Positions 1-12,000 of a stretch of 64,000 bases of DNA are shown here, in pieces. The notes below the pieces were generated by a model. The model made no database searches. It saw nothing but the letters and a program-made list of their open reading frames with translations, and was not told where the DNA came from. Within the stretch, counting starts at the first letter, position 1; every line of letters starts with the position of its first letter. The position numbers were made by a program, and so were the translations under genes. Origin of the DNA: Macrostomum lignano (lineage: Eukaryota); the NCBI GenBank assembly GCA_002269645.1, contig NIVC01000890.1:1-64000 (forward strand), given 5' to 3'.

Positions 1-3000
1 CTTCTTCAACACGCTCTCTCTTGCTCGAATTCTGTCTCTGCATCAATGCGCAGTACACAACTGTTTGAACCTCTGCTGCATTTGTATTAGCTCCAGTCCT
101 TACTTCTGCTGTGCGTTTCGACCTCTGCCTCGCCATCGAACTGAACCGCAGCGTTAGCGTAGTCGGTATCCGGCATGGATGAAGAATCTTTTGTTTCGAC
201 CTTTATAATCGTGTACAGATCATCCACTGCATCCTGTTGAGGCTCATCTGGCTCTGCATGACCTTCAAACTGAACCGAACTGTTTGTGAGAATTCCTTCC
301 GTCTGAACTTCCCTTTCGGTAGAATTTTCCTTTCTTTCTTCGTGCGGTACTTTTGTTTCAAGACGAGCCACAACCAAGGCATTGCACGAATCCTCAGGCT
401 CAAATTGAACGTGTGCTTCAGCTGTGAATACTGACGTCCTCATCTGTGACGTCTTTTTAACCTCCTGATCAGCCGGTCAACCCTAGGAGGTGTACACTCG
501 TGTATGGTTGTTTCAAACGTTTCCTTAACTTCTTCTTCAACGAATTCCGTTTGAGTAGAGACTTCTGGTAATTTTCGTTTTCTTGAGCGTGAGCGAGATC
601 TTCTATCTCTCAGTACTAGAGAGTTCATCTGGACTTGAGCAGATCTCTGTTCAGCTCTGTGACGCACGCTCGTTTCGCTGGATTCGGGTCTTGACTTTCG
701 CGTTAAAGTATCCACTTCATCTGCAATGAACTGCATCGCAGTTGAGGCGCACTCAATCGAAGTTTGGCATTCTTGATCAGTAATCTCTGTACTTTTTTTA
801 GCGGCGCGTAGCTTTCCGGCGTACTTTGGCCGTTGATTTTCATCGAAGTCTTCGAAGTCGTATTCAACAGAAGCATCAGCGCTGTAACACATCGTTTGCG
901 TGTCTACGGAATCACAAAAAGTCTCCGTTTGAACTTCGACCTCCAATGTCTCGATGGCTTCGCTTACAGACAACTTGCGAGGCGTTGAAGAAATCAATGA
1001 GCACTGTATAACCGAGTCTTCAGTTTGAATTGGCTGAGACAGATTGTCGGTTCTAGCAACTACGCTGGCTTCAAGTGTTTCAGTATCTGGCTCTGTATAG
1101 TGAGTGACTGGAAACATGACAGTGTCAACAACTGCTGAATTTCTTACTGTCAGTCTTGTCAGGTTCATCGCTGTCCGATCTGACTTCTGATTTTTCATCA
1201 TCCACTGTTTGTGTTTCACTTCTGGAATGAAGAGCAACTTCAAACACGCACATGCTACTCGTGACAGAAATGGGCCATTGTGTCTTTACAAGCACATCAC
1301 AGACTTCTACTGAGTATTGGCCTGAACTCTCATCCATTTCCTCTTTTGTCTGGTTTCCTTGAGCAACTTTCCTTGACTCTAGCGATTCTAGCGATTCATA
1401 TCGTACCTCAGAAGATTCATATTGGCCATTGCTGTCCTCCATGAATGACTTTGTCTGGCAGAATTTGTTATTAACAACTGGAGCTGCTGTTTCAGCGAGT
1501 TGAGCTTGCACTATTGTAATGACTTCTTCGTCGTCCTTGATTACGTCAGTGGACGCATCGTCTATCTCGATGCAGCAGCTCGTCTGAACAGAAGCAGTTT
1601 CTGTTATCATCAAACAGGCAACTTCGGCCGTTTCAACGTCTGTTCCACTACTCTTAGCCACGTGGACGACTGGCATAATGTCCCACTTGGGACAGTAGGG
1701 CGGCACTTCGGACTCTTCTTCTTGCGCTGACGCTTCAAACTGTTCGGTATTCGTACTGGCGTTCTTGATCTTAGAGAACGGAACGCCTCTCTGAACTCGC
1801 TTTGCTTGGCGCGGGATCTCAATAGGATCGCATGCAGCTTCAGCGCTGTCGACATGCCTAGGAGATGGCTCCGACTGAAAATCGATGCTACACTGAACTT
1901 CGATGTCACAACAGTACTCGATAGTCTGGGTGCCGAAGTCTTCAAATTCATCGGAAAGTCGACGAGGTCCAAACTGTTTTTTAACGTTGCGCGGTGAGTC
2001 ATCGAACTGTTCTTGAGTATCGATGCTACACTGAACTTCGATGTCACAACAGTACTCGAAAGTCTGGGTGCCAAAGTCTTCAAATTCATCAGAAAGTCGA
2101 CGAGGTCCAAACTGTTTTTTAACGTTGCGCGGTGAATCATCGAATTGTTCTTGAGCCAGAACGGCTATTTCGGCGCGGAAGGCAGCTGGACATCCATGCT
2201 GAATGCACTTTCCCTTGAACTCCTTCGTGCTTTCAACTGGTCCTGGCTGCACATCAAACTGGACTTCACTGTCACAGCAGTATTCAATGGTTTGAGTACC
2301 AAAATCTTCAAATTCAGTTGAAAGTCGACGAGCCCCAAATTGTTTCCTTGAAGTTCCGGGCGAATCGTCTGATCTTTCTAGTGCCAGAACACCCGCTTCT
2401 ATTCGGAAGGCAGTTGGGCATCCATGCTGAATGCATTTTCCCTTAAATTCCTTCGTGCTTGTAACTGGTCCTGACTGAACATCAATGCTACACTGAACTT
2501 CCATGTCACAGCAGTATTCAATGGTTTGAGTACCGAAATCTTCAAATTCAGTGGAAAGTCGACGAGCCCCAAATTGTTTCCTCGAAGTTCCGGGTGAATC
2601 TTCGGATTTTTCTTGTGCCAAAATACCCGCCTCGATTCGGAAGGCAGCTGGACATCCATGCTGAATGCGTTTGCACTTGAATTCTTTTGCGGTGGTAGGC
2701 TCTGTGCTCTGCAGCTGCATTTGTACTTCTTCAAAGATTTCTTCCGTTTCCGTATTTGAGCTTGCTTCGCGAGTCATCAACCAAGGGCAGCCTCGCTGGA
2801 TGGCCTTCATCATCACTTGAATGTCGTACTGATTTCCACTGTCGATCATTTCGGTCTTGTCTTGAGTCACTTGGTAGGGCACAGCAGGGCTCTCTAAGCC
2901 AGCAGTGTCGCATCCAACAGCACTCAGCTCTGTGTAGCACTGAACTCCACAGTCAACAAGTGAAGCCTTTGTCTGCGGTTCAGGTGAACTACCAAGGCCC

Positions 3001-6000
3001 TCGTATCGCACTCGACTTCGTATTTCATGCTCCATGGGCAGCCACGCTGAATGGCTTTTCTCGCTATCCCAACATCAAATTGATTTCCACTTTCGACAAG
3101 ATCGCTCCTCTTGACTGGCGTAGTGAACGGCGGGTCCATGTCTGCGCTGCACTCAACTTCGTGTAGCATTGAAAACGGACAACCCTTTTGTATTACCTTG
3201 CCAATTGTTCCAGGGGCAAAAATGTACTCGTACTGTCTTGAGTAGCAGCCTTGTAGGCAACCAATATCTCTCCAGAGTCCTTTTCAACCTGAACGATAGT
3301 GGGCTGCGTGAGTTCGACTTGAATTCCGAGTTCTTCTATTTCCTGGAAGGACTGCGTTGCTGCATTGCTGCATTGAGGCACAGAAGCAGATTGAACTGGC
3401 ACAGTTACTTCAATTTGAGTTGGCTCAAACAATTCTACTTGGACTCCCCACTCTTGAACTTCTTGAAACGCTTGAGTTGTTGCATCGCGCTTGCGTACCG
3501 GGGCGAACTCGAACTTTGGCGCCTGGACTGCAGCCACAATTTCTGTATCCGGATCAGTTTCAGTTCCTACGTCGGAGTGCATGGCAAACGGACATCCATG
3601 CTGAATAGCTTTTCGGTGAAGATCTGCTTTTATGCTTGCCTTCACCATTGCATCTGAGTACTCGGCAGTTTTTAAAGTCTCCGGGAGCACATACTGATCG
3701 TAGGATCCATATTCGACGTAGTCCTCAGTCTCGAAATTCTCTGTGTTTGAAGCAACGTTGCGAACGGCGAACGATGGACAGCCTCGTTGAATTGCTTTTG
3801 ATTTCCAGGTGATTTCTGGAGTGCCGACGTTTTCATCGAGCTTGCTAACAACCAATGGTACGGGAATTTCGATTGTTTCCGCCTTTAGCGGTTCGGTATT
3901 GCAGTCGCCATCAACCATCATGAAGTAGGGGCAACCGTGCTGAATCACCTTATGCTTAGATTCTGATTTAAATGTTGTCTCTCTGTCCAGCATCAAGGAT
4001 CGGTGCGATTGAGTTGCGATGCTGACTTTTTCAGTAAGTGGCGCAGATTCTACAAAGCGAATTTGAACTGGCACCTCTTCATCTTCGGTATTAGTACCTG
4101 TTTCAACCAATCTGAAGAAAGAGCAGCCATACTGCGACACTTTATTGTCAAGGTTTGCATCGAACGTCGTCGAAATATCTTTCATCCGTACGCCAAATTC
4201 CATTTTCGTTTCTGCGAATTCTTTTTCTGGCCCAGTAGTCGGAGATGTCACAACCGGTTCATAGAGACGAGCTTGAATTCCAACGCTTTCATATTGAGAT
4301 TGTTGATACTGAGTACCTACATCGGCCAGTTCAGGTCGAGGTGTAGACTCTACATGGCGCACCTGAACTTCTACTTCCTCGACTTGATCTGTATTACAGT
4401 AGTTTTCGACTCGGTTCGAAAATGGCGAGCCCAACTGAATAACTTTGTGCACATGAGTGACATCAAAGCCGGTTGATAGTTCTTGCATTTCTACTCTGGC
4501 TTTTACCTCAGAATCGTACATCTCCTTCTCAGCGGGTTTGGTCGTGTCCACCTTGACTATTGCATCCTCACGAGCAACACCAAAGCCGGTTGATAGTTCT
4601 TGCATTTCTACTCTGGCTTTTACCTCAGAATCGGACACCTTCTTCTCGACAGGTGTGGTCGTGTCCACCTTGATGATTGTATCCTCATGAGCAACACCAA
4701 AGCCAGTTGATAGTTCTTGCATTTCTACTCTGGCTTTTACCTCAGATTCGGACACCTCCTTCTCAACGGGTTTGGTCGTGTCCACCTTGATGATCGCATC
4801 CTCACGAGCAACACCAAAGCCGGTTGATAGCTCTTGCATTTCTACCCTGGCTTTTACCTCAGAGTCGGACACCTCCTTCTTAACAGGTTTGGTCGTGTCC
4901 ACTTTGATGATCGCATCCTCACGAGCAACACCAAAGCCGGTTGATAGTTCTTGCATTTCTACTCTGGCTTTTACCTCAGAATCGGACACCTTCTTCTCGA
5001 CAGGTGTGGTCGTGTCCACCTTGATGATTGTATCCTCATGAGCAACACCAAAGCCAGTTGATAGCTCTTGCATTTCTACTCTGGCTTTTACCTCAGATTC
5101 GGATACCTCCTTCTCGACAGGTTTGGTCGTGTCCACCTTGATGATTGTATCCTCATGAGCAACACCAAAGCCAGTTGATAGCTCTTGCATTTCTACTCTG
5201 GCTTTTACCTCAGATTCGGATACCTCCTTCTCGACAGGTGTGGTCGTGTCCACCTTGATGATTGTATCCTCATGAGCAACACCAAAGCCAGTTGATAGCT
5301 CTTGCATTTCTACTCTGGCTTTTACCTCAGATTCGGATACCTCCTTCTCGACAGGTGTGGTCGTGTCCACCTTGATGATTGTATCCTCATGAGCAACACC
5401 AAAGCCAGTTGATAGCTCTTGCATTTCTACTCTGGCTTTTACCTCAGAATCGGATACCTCCTTCTCGACAGGTGTGGTCGTGTCCACTTTGATGATCGCA
5501 TCCTGCAAAAATGATTGCGTCTGGACCTCAATGTTTTCTGTGTCGGCTTTTGGCGCTGATTGCAGCTGGACGACCTCCCGGATGACCTCCGGTTCCTCAG
5601 CCGGATCGGTCTGGACAAACATCTCGGCTAGATTGAAAGCCGATGTTCCTTTTTGGATTCGCTTTGCTTTTTGATACGGTTTGACACGCACGTGCTCCTC
5701 TAAGCCTACTCTATTTGCGGCTGCCTCTAGATCTGAGACTTTCTGTGACAGTTGAGCAACAAGGCTCTCGTATGTGTGGCACACAACCTCCAGACTCTGG
5801 TAGTCGTAGTCCAGTGCCACGACACAAGCATCAGCTGTTTCTTTTGGCTGGGTAGCTTTAAAACCTTTTTCTATAGTTTTTGGGCTTTCAGAAGTAAACA
5901 GAACCTGAAGGCTCTTGTCATCGCTAGATTGGTCATATTGCGCGGCTCTGTCAAGCAGAGGGGACCAGTACTGGGTCTGCGATTCAATTATACTAACTTT

Positions 6001-9000
6001 GCCACGACGAGCGCACTCTGGGTACTGGCTTCTAAACAACAGGCTGTCGTCCTGATAAGAAAGGCGTTTGCTGGTTGCAGCCCCGTCGACATGCTCCACT
6101 TGAGTCGTTAAAGCAACACGAACCGATTCCGACTTTAAGTCTTTCTCTACTTCTTTAGCCACGACACTAACCTCGGCACAGTCGGCATAGTACGCCGACA
6201 TGACGTCTCGCTTTTCAGTTTTGCCAGTCTGACAAGCCCTATTTATTCCTTCACGCTGCTGCACGGCCATAACTTGAACAGCTGTCTCCGGCTCGATATC
6301 AGTCTCTTCTTCCGTGTCTTCAATTAGCAGCTGATCGGTCTGTGTTTCGCTCGAACTCCAGATGAACATTGTTTGACAGTCTTGCTCAAATCTGCTAACC
6401 GTTTGGTCAGTTAAGCTGTCTTCATCTGATGACGATTCTTCTGTCTGAATGGCTGAGTCGGAGTAGAAATTCCACGGTACTCCGAGCTGTACTCGCTTTG
6501 AAATCAGCTGTGGCGCGGCCTGTGAGCTGAAGTCTTCTCCTCGGGCGTGGTAATGCAAGCTGGATTCGTTCAGCTCGGGATCAAACTGGCTTGATAAATC
6601 GGATTGCACAGTTGTCTTCACTTTCATTTGGCTCTCCTGAGCGTTCGGCTTCACTATAACATTAATATCGGTCTGCGTGCTTCTAGCAATATCCGCCTCA
6701 TCCATTGAGCGTTCAGTTTGAAAGCCTGACTCGATTAAACTTTCACTTTCGCTGTCCATAGCCACAGTTTGAACGCTGTTATTTAAAGAAGCACTTGGCG
6801 CAAAGCCGCAGGCGGACTCCTTCATGGTCGGAGCAGAGTGCGTCTGGCATTGGAAATCTATCATTTCAGCCCTCGGTTTCTCAAACTGGGTCTCCAAGCC
6901 AACCTGCACATGGCCAGTGGCTTCGAATCTCTCTGTCTGAATACCGAAGGTGCTGGAGCTAGCATTGAAAAATTGGGCATCGGTGTCTTGCATGGCCGAA
7001 ACAACTTGCGTGCTTTTGTTCACTTGCTCAGTCGGTTCCATTTTTAGAGGTGCTTGCTCCACCTGCACAATTGTTTCGACTTCTTCCTCAGTTTGGCTAA
7101 ACGCATTGTGCGATGACGCCAGGAGGACGTAGTGAGTACTGACATCCCTCATTTTCGTTGTACTCACGCTCTGAGCTGAAGCTATTGCGGAAACAGTTTG
7201 TGAGGAAACGTCCGACTTTTCGTCGAATACCCGAGCTACAATTCTGCTATCCGAACTCTCCAGCGCCGCTTCGGCCTCCGACGAAGAGGCAACAACACCG
7301 GGAACAAGAGTGGCAGAGTTTGCTGTCTTGAGGTAGTACTGCCCGCTGGAATCAACCATGACCCGAGAACCGGCCAAGGCACTGGCTGTTTTACCGAGCG
7401 GCTGAACGCGAGCGCTCTTATCTTGAGCATCAACTGTCTGGCTGAACACCGCCACAGACTCCCCAGTGGCAATATCTGTTGATAAACCTTTGTCTGATGC
7501 ATACAGCAAGAACTCGCTCTGGACGTCCCGCAGGGGTCCACGAGTCGATCGTGTTTTTGAGGTACTACTTTCAACAACAGTCTGCGATGTAACGTCGCGT
7601 GTTTCTGTTACCACCTTGGCTATTATACTCTTTTCGGAACTCGACAGATGGCTTTGAGCTTCGGTCTCGGAGACGACTTGACCACGAACCATCATTCCAG
7701 TATCGGCACTGGCTAAGTAGTACTGTCCGGCACTGTCGCACATTAACTTGGATTGAGCAAAGGTGCTTTCAGCTAGTCTTGTTTTTGTTTGCGTGGCAAA
7801 GTCCTCTGAGGTCTTTACTGCATGTACATCCGCTGTAATGCTCTTATTAGACGAGTAAAGAGAATACTGCGTGTTCACTTCTGAAAGAGTAGAGCCGCTT
7901 TGTGTGGCAGCTTGCTTAGAGTCAGGGACTTGTGGTTGATGCGTCTGTACTGTAAAGTCTCTAGTATCGCTGCTGACTCTTGCAACAATGCTTCTCTCTG
8001 AAGTAGCCAAGTAGTTCTTAGCGTCGGATTCCGTAACCGGTTTGCCAGAAATGATCACACTACTGTCAGCGCTGGACAAGTAGTATTGGCCTGAGCTGTC
8101 TCGCATCAGCTTCGGCTGGTATTGGCTGCCTGCGTCGGCATAGTCACCATCAACTTGCACCGAAAAATCTTCGCTGCTACTAGCTAGCATGGACAAGTCT
8201 TTAGTTGCGGAGTACAACTCGTACTGCTGCCGTTCTGCAACGATTTCCTCTTCCGTGGCAACAGTTTGGGTAGTGAAATCTCGAGCATTGCCGACGATTC
8301 TCGCCACAATGCTTTTCTCCGATGTGCTGAGGTGATGCCGCGCCTCAGACTCAGTCACAACTTTTCCTAGAACTCTGACGGCAGAATCCTGACTCGTCAA
8401 GTAGTACTGACCTGCACTGTCTCGCAGGAGACTTGGCTTTGACGCAGCACTGTGAACGCTGACCATTTTGGTCTGCGTGGCGAAATCCTCAGAAGATTTA
8501 ACAAATTCAGCTGTTTGGCTCTTGCTAGATGAGAATAGATCATACTGTGCGTGTACGTCTGTGAGTTCATTTGTGCCGCTCTGCGTTCCACTCTCCTTTT
8601 TAACGGGGCGAGCGAGAGACGCTGTTTGAGTCGAGAAATCTTTTCCTTCATCTGAAACTCGAGCAACTATGTTCTCAGAAGTAGCTAGGTAGTACTGCGC
8701 CTCAGCCTCCGTCAGTGACTGGCCCTGCACCGCCACGCCTGCAGTGGAGCTCACCAGATAGAACTGCCCAGAGCTGTCCTTCATTAGTTTGGCCTGCGAC
8801 ACTGCCGCATCAGAGTAATCTAAATTGGCTTGGGTGCCAAACTCTTCCGAGCTTCTTACGTCCGCAGTTGCTAGCGACTTGTTAGACGAATAAAGGACGT
8901 ACTGCTGCTCGCTGGAAATCAACTCGCGTCTGCTGTCTTCCTGAGCAGTTTGAGACGTGACGTCTCTGAATTTACTAATCACTCGAGCTACAATGTTGTT

Positions 9001-12000
9001 CTCAGAAGTATTGAGCTGGTGCATAGCCTCCGACTCTGTGACAATTTGGCCCTGAACTCGAACGCTCGAGTCCTCGCTTGTCAGGTAGAACTGACCGGAG
9101 TTGTCGCGCATCACCACTGGAAACCTGACTGCGCTGCTTTCGGCCGTACTTGACCTGGTCTGCGTTGAAAAGTCTTCCGAAGTGGCGCTGAAGTCTACAG
9201 TTACGCTTTTGTTTGATGAATACAACGCGTATTGAGTTTGCATTTCAGCCAGCGGTTGGCCACTCTGCGTCTCGCTTTCAGCCTTTCTAACCGACGCTGA
9301 CCGCTGGTCAGTTTGAGTAGAGAAATCTTTTGAATCGGCAGTAACGCGAGCCACTATATTCTTGTCAGAGCTCGCCAAATGCTGTTTAACCTGAGACTCG
9401 GCTATCGGTGTACCGGCCACTGCAACGCTCGAATCGGCGCTGCACAAATAGTACTGCCCCGAGCTGTCTTTCATTAGTCGGGGAACGGCGTAATCGGCAG
9501 TGTCTCGAGACGGAACAATCACATCGGAGGATAAATCAGCCGACAGGCTTTTGTCTGAAGAAAATAGCACGTACTGCGTCTGCGATTCTTTCTGCTCGTT
9601 GCTTCTACGAAGTTCAGCTTCTTTGCGAGCCGACGATGACTCCATTAACGTTAGCGTTTGGGTAGAAAAGTCGCTCTTTTCTTCAGGGACACGGACCACA
9701 ATGTTTTTGTCTGACGAGGTCAGGTACATCTGGGCTTCCGATTGGGTAACCTTTCTTCCAGCCATCGCCACGTTTGAGTCGCAGCTGTAGAGATAGTACT
9801 GTCCAGAGCTGTCTTTCATCAGTTTCGATTTGAATACGGCGCTGGACTCGTCTTTGGGACTCTCTCGTGGAGTATCCGCCTCCAAACTCTTATTAGACGT
9901 GTAAAGCATGTACTGAGTGTCAACTTCAGCCAGGGTTTTTTCACTTTGATTGCTCGAATCTCTCGTGGCTGCAATGCGCACCGTCTGGCCGGAGAAGTCC
10001 CGCGATTCGGTTTCAACTCGCGCAACGATATTCTTTTCCGAGCTGGCCAGGTGTTGGTGAGCCTGTGATTCTGTCACGAAAACGCCTTGAACTGCAACGT
10101 TAGAATTGGCAGAGGTCAGGTAGTACTGGCCGGAGCTATCGCGCAATAGTGCTGGTTGGAATACCGCCATCGACTGCGAGGAGACCTGCGCTGAACTCAT
10201 CGAGCTTTTCACCATGTCGGCGCCTACATCCTTGTCCGAAGAATACATCAGGTACTGACTGGAAACGTCTTTCAGGGCACCGCTGCCGTCGGCCTTCACT
10301 GCGGCACTCTCGTTTCTTACTTTAACAACAATGTTCTTCTCAGAGCTGGTTAGATGTTGCACAACTTGGCCTGGACTGACAGGGGTGCCTTGGACAACAA
10401 CCGAGCCATCAGTGCTTCCAAGGAAATACTGTCCGCTTGAGTCCTTCAGGAGTGTCACCTCGGTGTTGATCGCCATCTGGCGCAGATCTGGCTTGCCGGT
10501 TGCACTCGACTTGTCTGTTCTGAACACCACATACTGCGCTGTTGAATCGCTAGTAGCTCGAGGCTGAGTCGATGCTTCAGCTGTGGCTGAGCCGAAACTA
10601 GCGGCTAAGCTTTCGTCTCGGGTGAGCAAGTCGTACTGTGTATAAATCTCGCAAAGGCTCGGTTTGGCCTCGCCAGAAAAGGCTGTCTGACTAGCCGCCG
10701 CAGTTAGTGGAACAACAGTCTCTTCTGTTACTCTAGCAACAATATTCTTTTCGGACGATTGCAGAGCGGTTTGTACTTGAGAATCTGCAATTACTTTTCC
10801 AGCAATCGGATTGGTTCCCTGAGCGGTTGAGGTCAGGAAATACTGACCGCTGGAATCTCTTAAAAGCCTTGGTTGAGCCCTAGTTAGCTTTGGCTGGCTT
10901 TGGAAAATTTCGAACTCTGAAAAAGTGTCATCCGTAGTGGTCTCGCGCGAAACGTTGCTAGTAAAGCGATGGGCGACCTGCTTGTCCGATGAAAACAGCT
11001 TAAACTGGCATTCCGAATCTCTGAGGCCTCCGGTTTGCTGGCGACTTTCGGAAACCTGCTGCTGGAAGTCGCTGGTCGCTGGAGTGGACACGCGAGCGAC
11101 AACGACGCTATCAACCATGCGGGTGAGGTAGGACTGCGCCTCGGCCTCGCTTACCGATTTGCCTTGGATCAGTGCATCTGCTTGGTTCAACGCGAGGCAG
11201 TAGCCGCCTTGCGAGTCACGCATCAGTTTAGGAATGAACTGAGTCTGAACATCTGATACAGTCTTTGTTGTAGTCTGGTCTTGTCGGTCGACACTGTACC
11301 GCTGGTACTGCGCTTCCGAGTCTGTCTGTTGGACAGTCGATGCTGCTGACATTGCCGTGGCTTCACGCGGTGTGTGGAACACAACGTACTCGTGGTTCAT
11401 TCTGCTTGACGTCTGAGATTGTGCATCTCGTCCAATCAGTTTTGCCGACAATTCTGGGCTTGACTCAAATAGCACGAACTGCGTCTCGGACTCTCGAGTC
11501 GCTGATTTTGTGCTTCTCACATTTTCTGCACTAAACAGAAGGAATTGGGTCTCCTTGTCCGAGGATTCAGCCCTAGCCTGGGTTTCGGCAGTCGATGAAT
11601 CGACGAAAGCAGACAGCTGCTTGCTGGCTTGGAACAGCAGATACTGCGAGCTGCGGCTTTCCGTGCTGGCTTGCTGGCTCACGCTAGCAGTTCTCTTGGC
11701 GGTTAGAGCGCTAACATCCTTGTCCGATTGGACCAGAACGTACTGGGCTTGTCTGTCAGCTGTGCGACTTTCTACCTGGGCACTGAAGTCTCTGGAATCG
11801 ACCGTTGGCCTAACGCTTGCGTCGCATCGGAACAGGACAAACTGCGTCTGTGTGTCTGACGATTTCGCTCCTGCTTGAATTGTAGCGTCTTTGACTGTTG
11901 TAGTGGACACTGTCGATAAGTCTTTGTCGGACTGGAAGAGTATGTACTGGGCCTGACTGTCCGTTGTCTGCCGACTAGTAGAAGCTTGCAGGCTCGCGTC

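Noticed and set aside
3210-3220. Programmed -1 ribosomal frameshift in the giant exon
   Set aside because: A TTT TTG is not a canonical slippery site, and several more shifts follow nearby, favouring indel error or decay.
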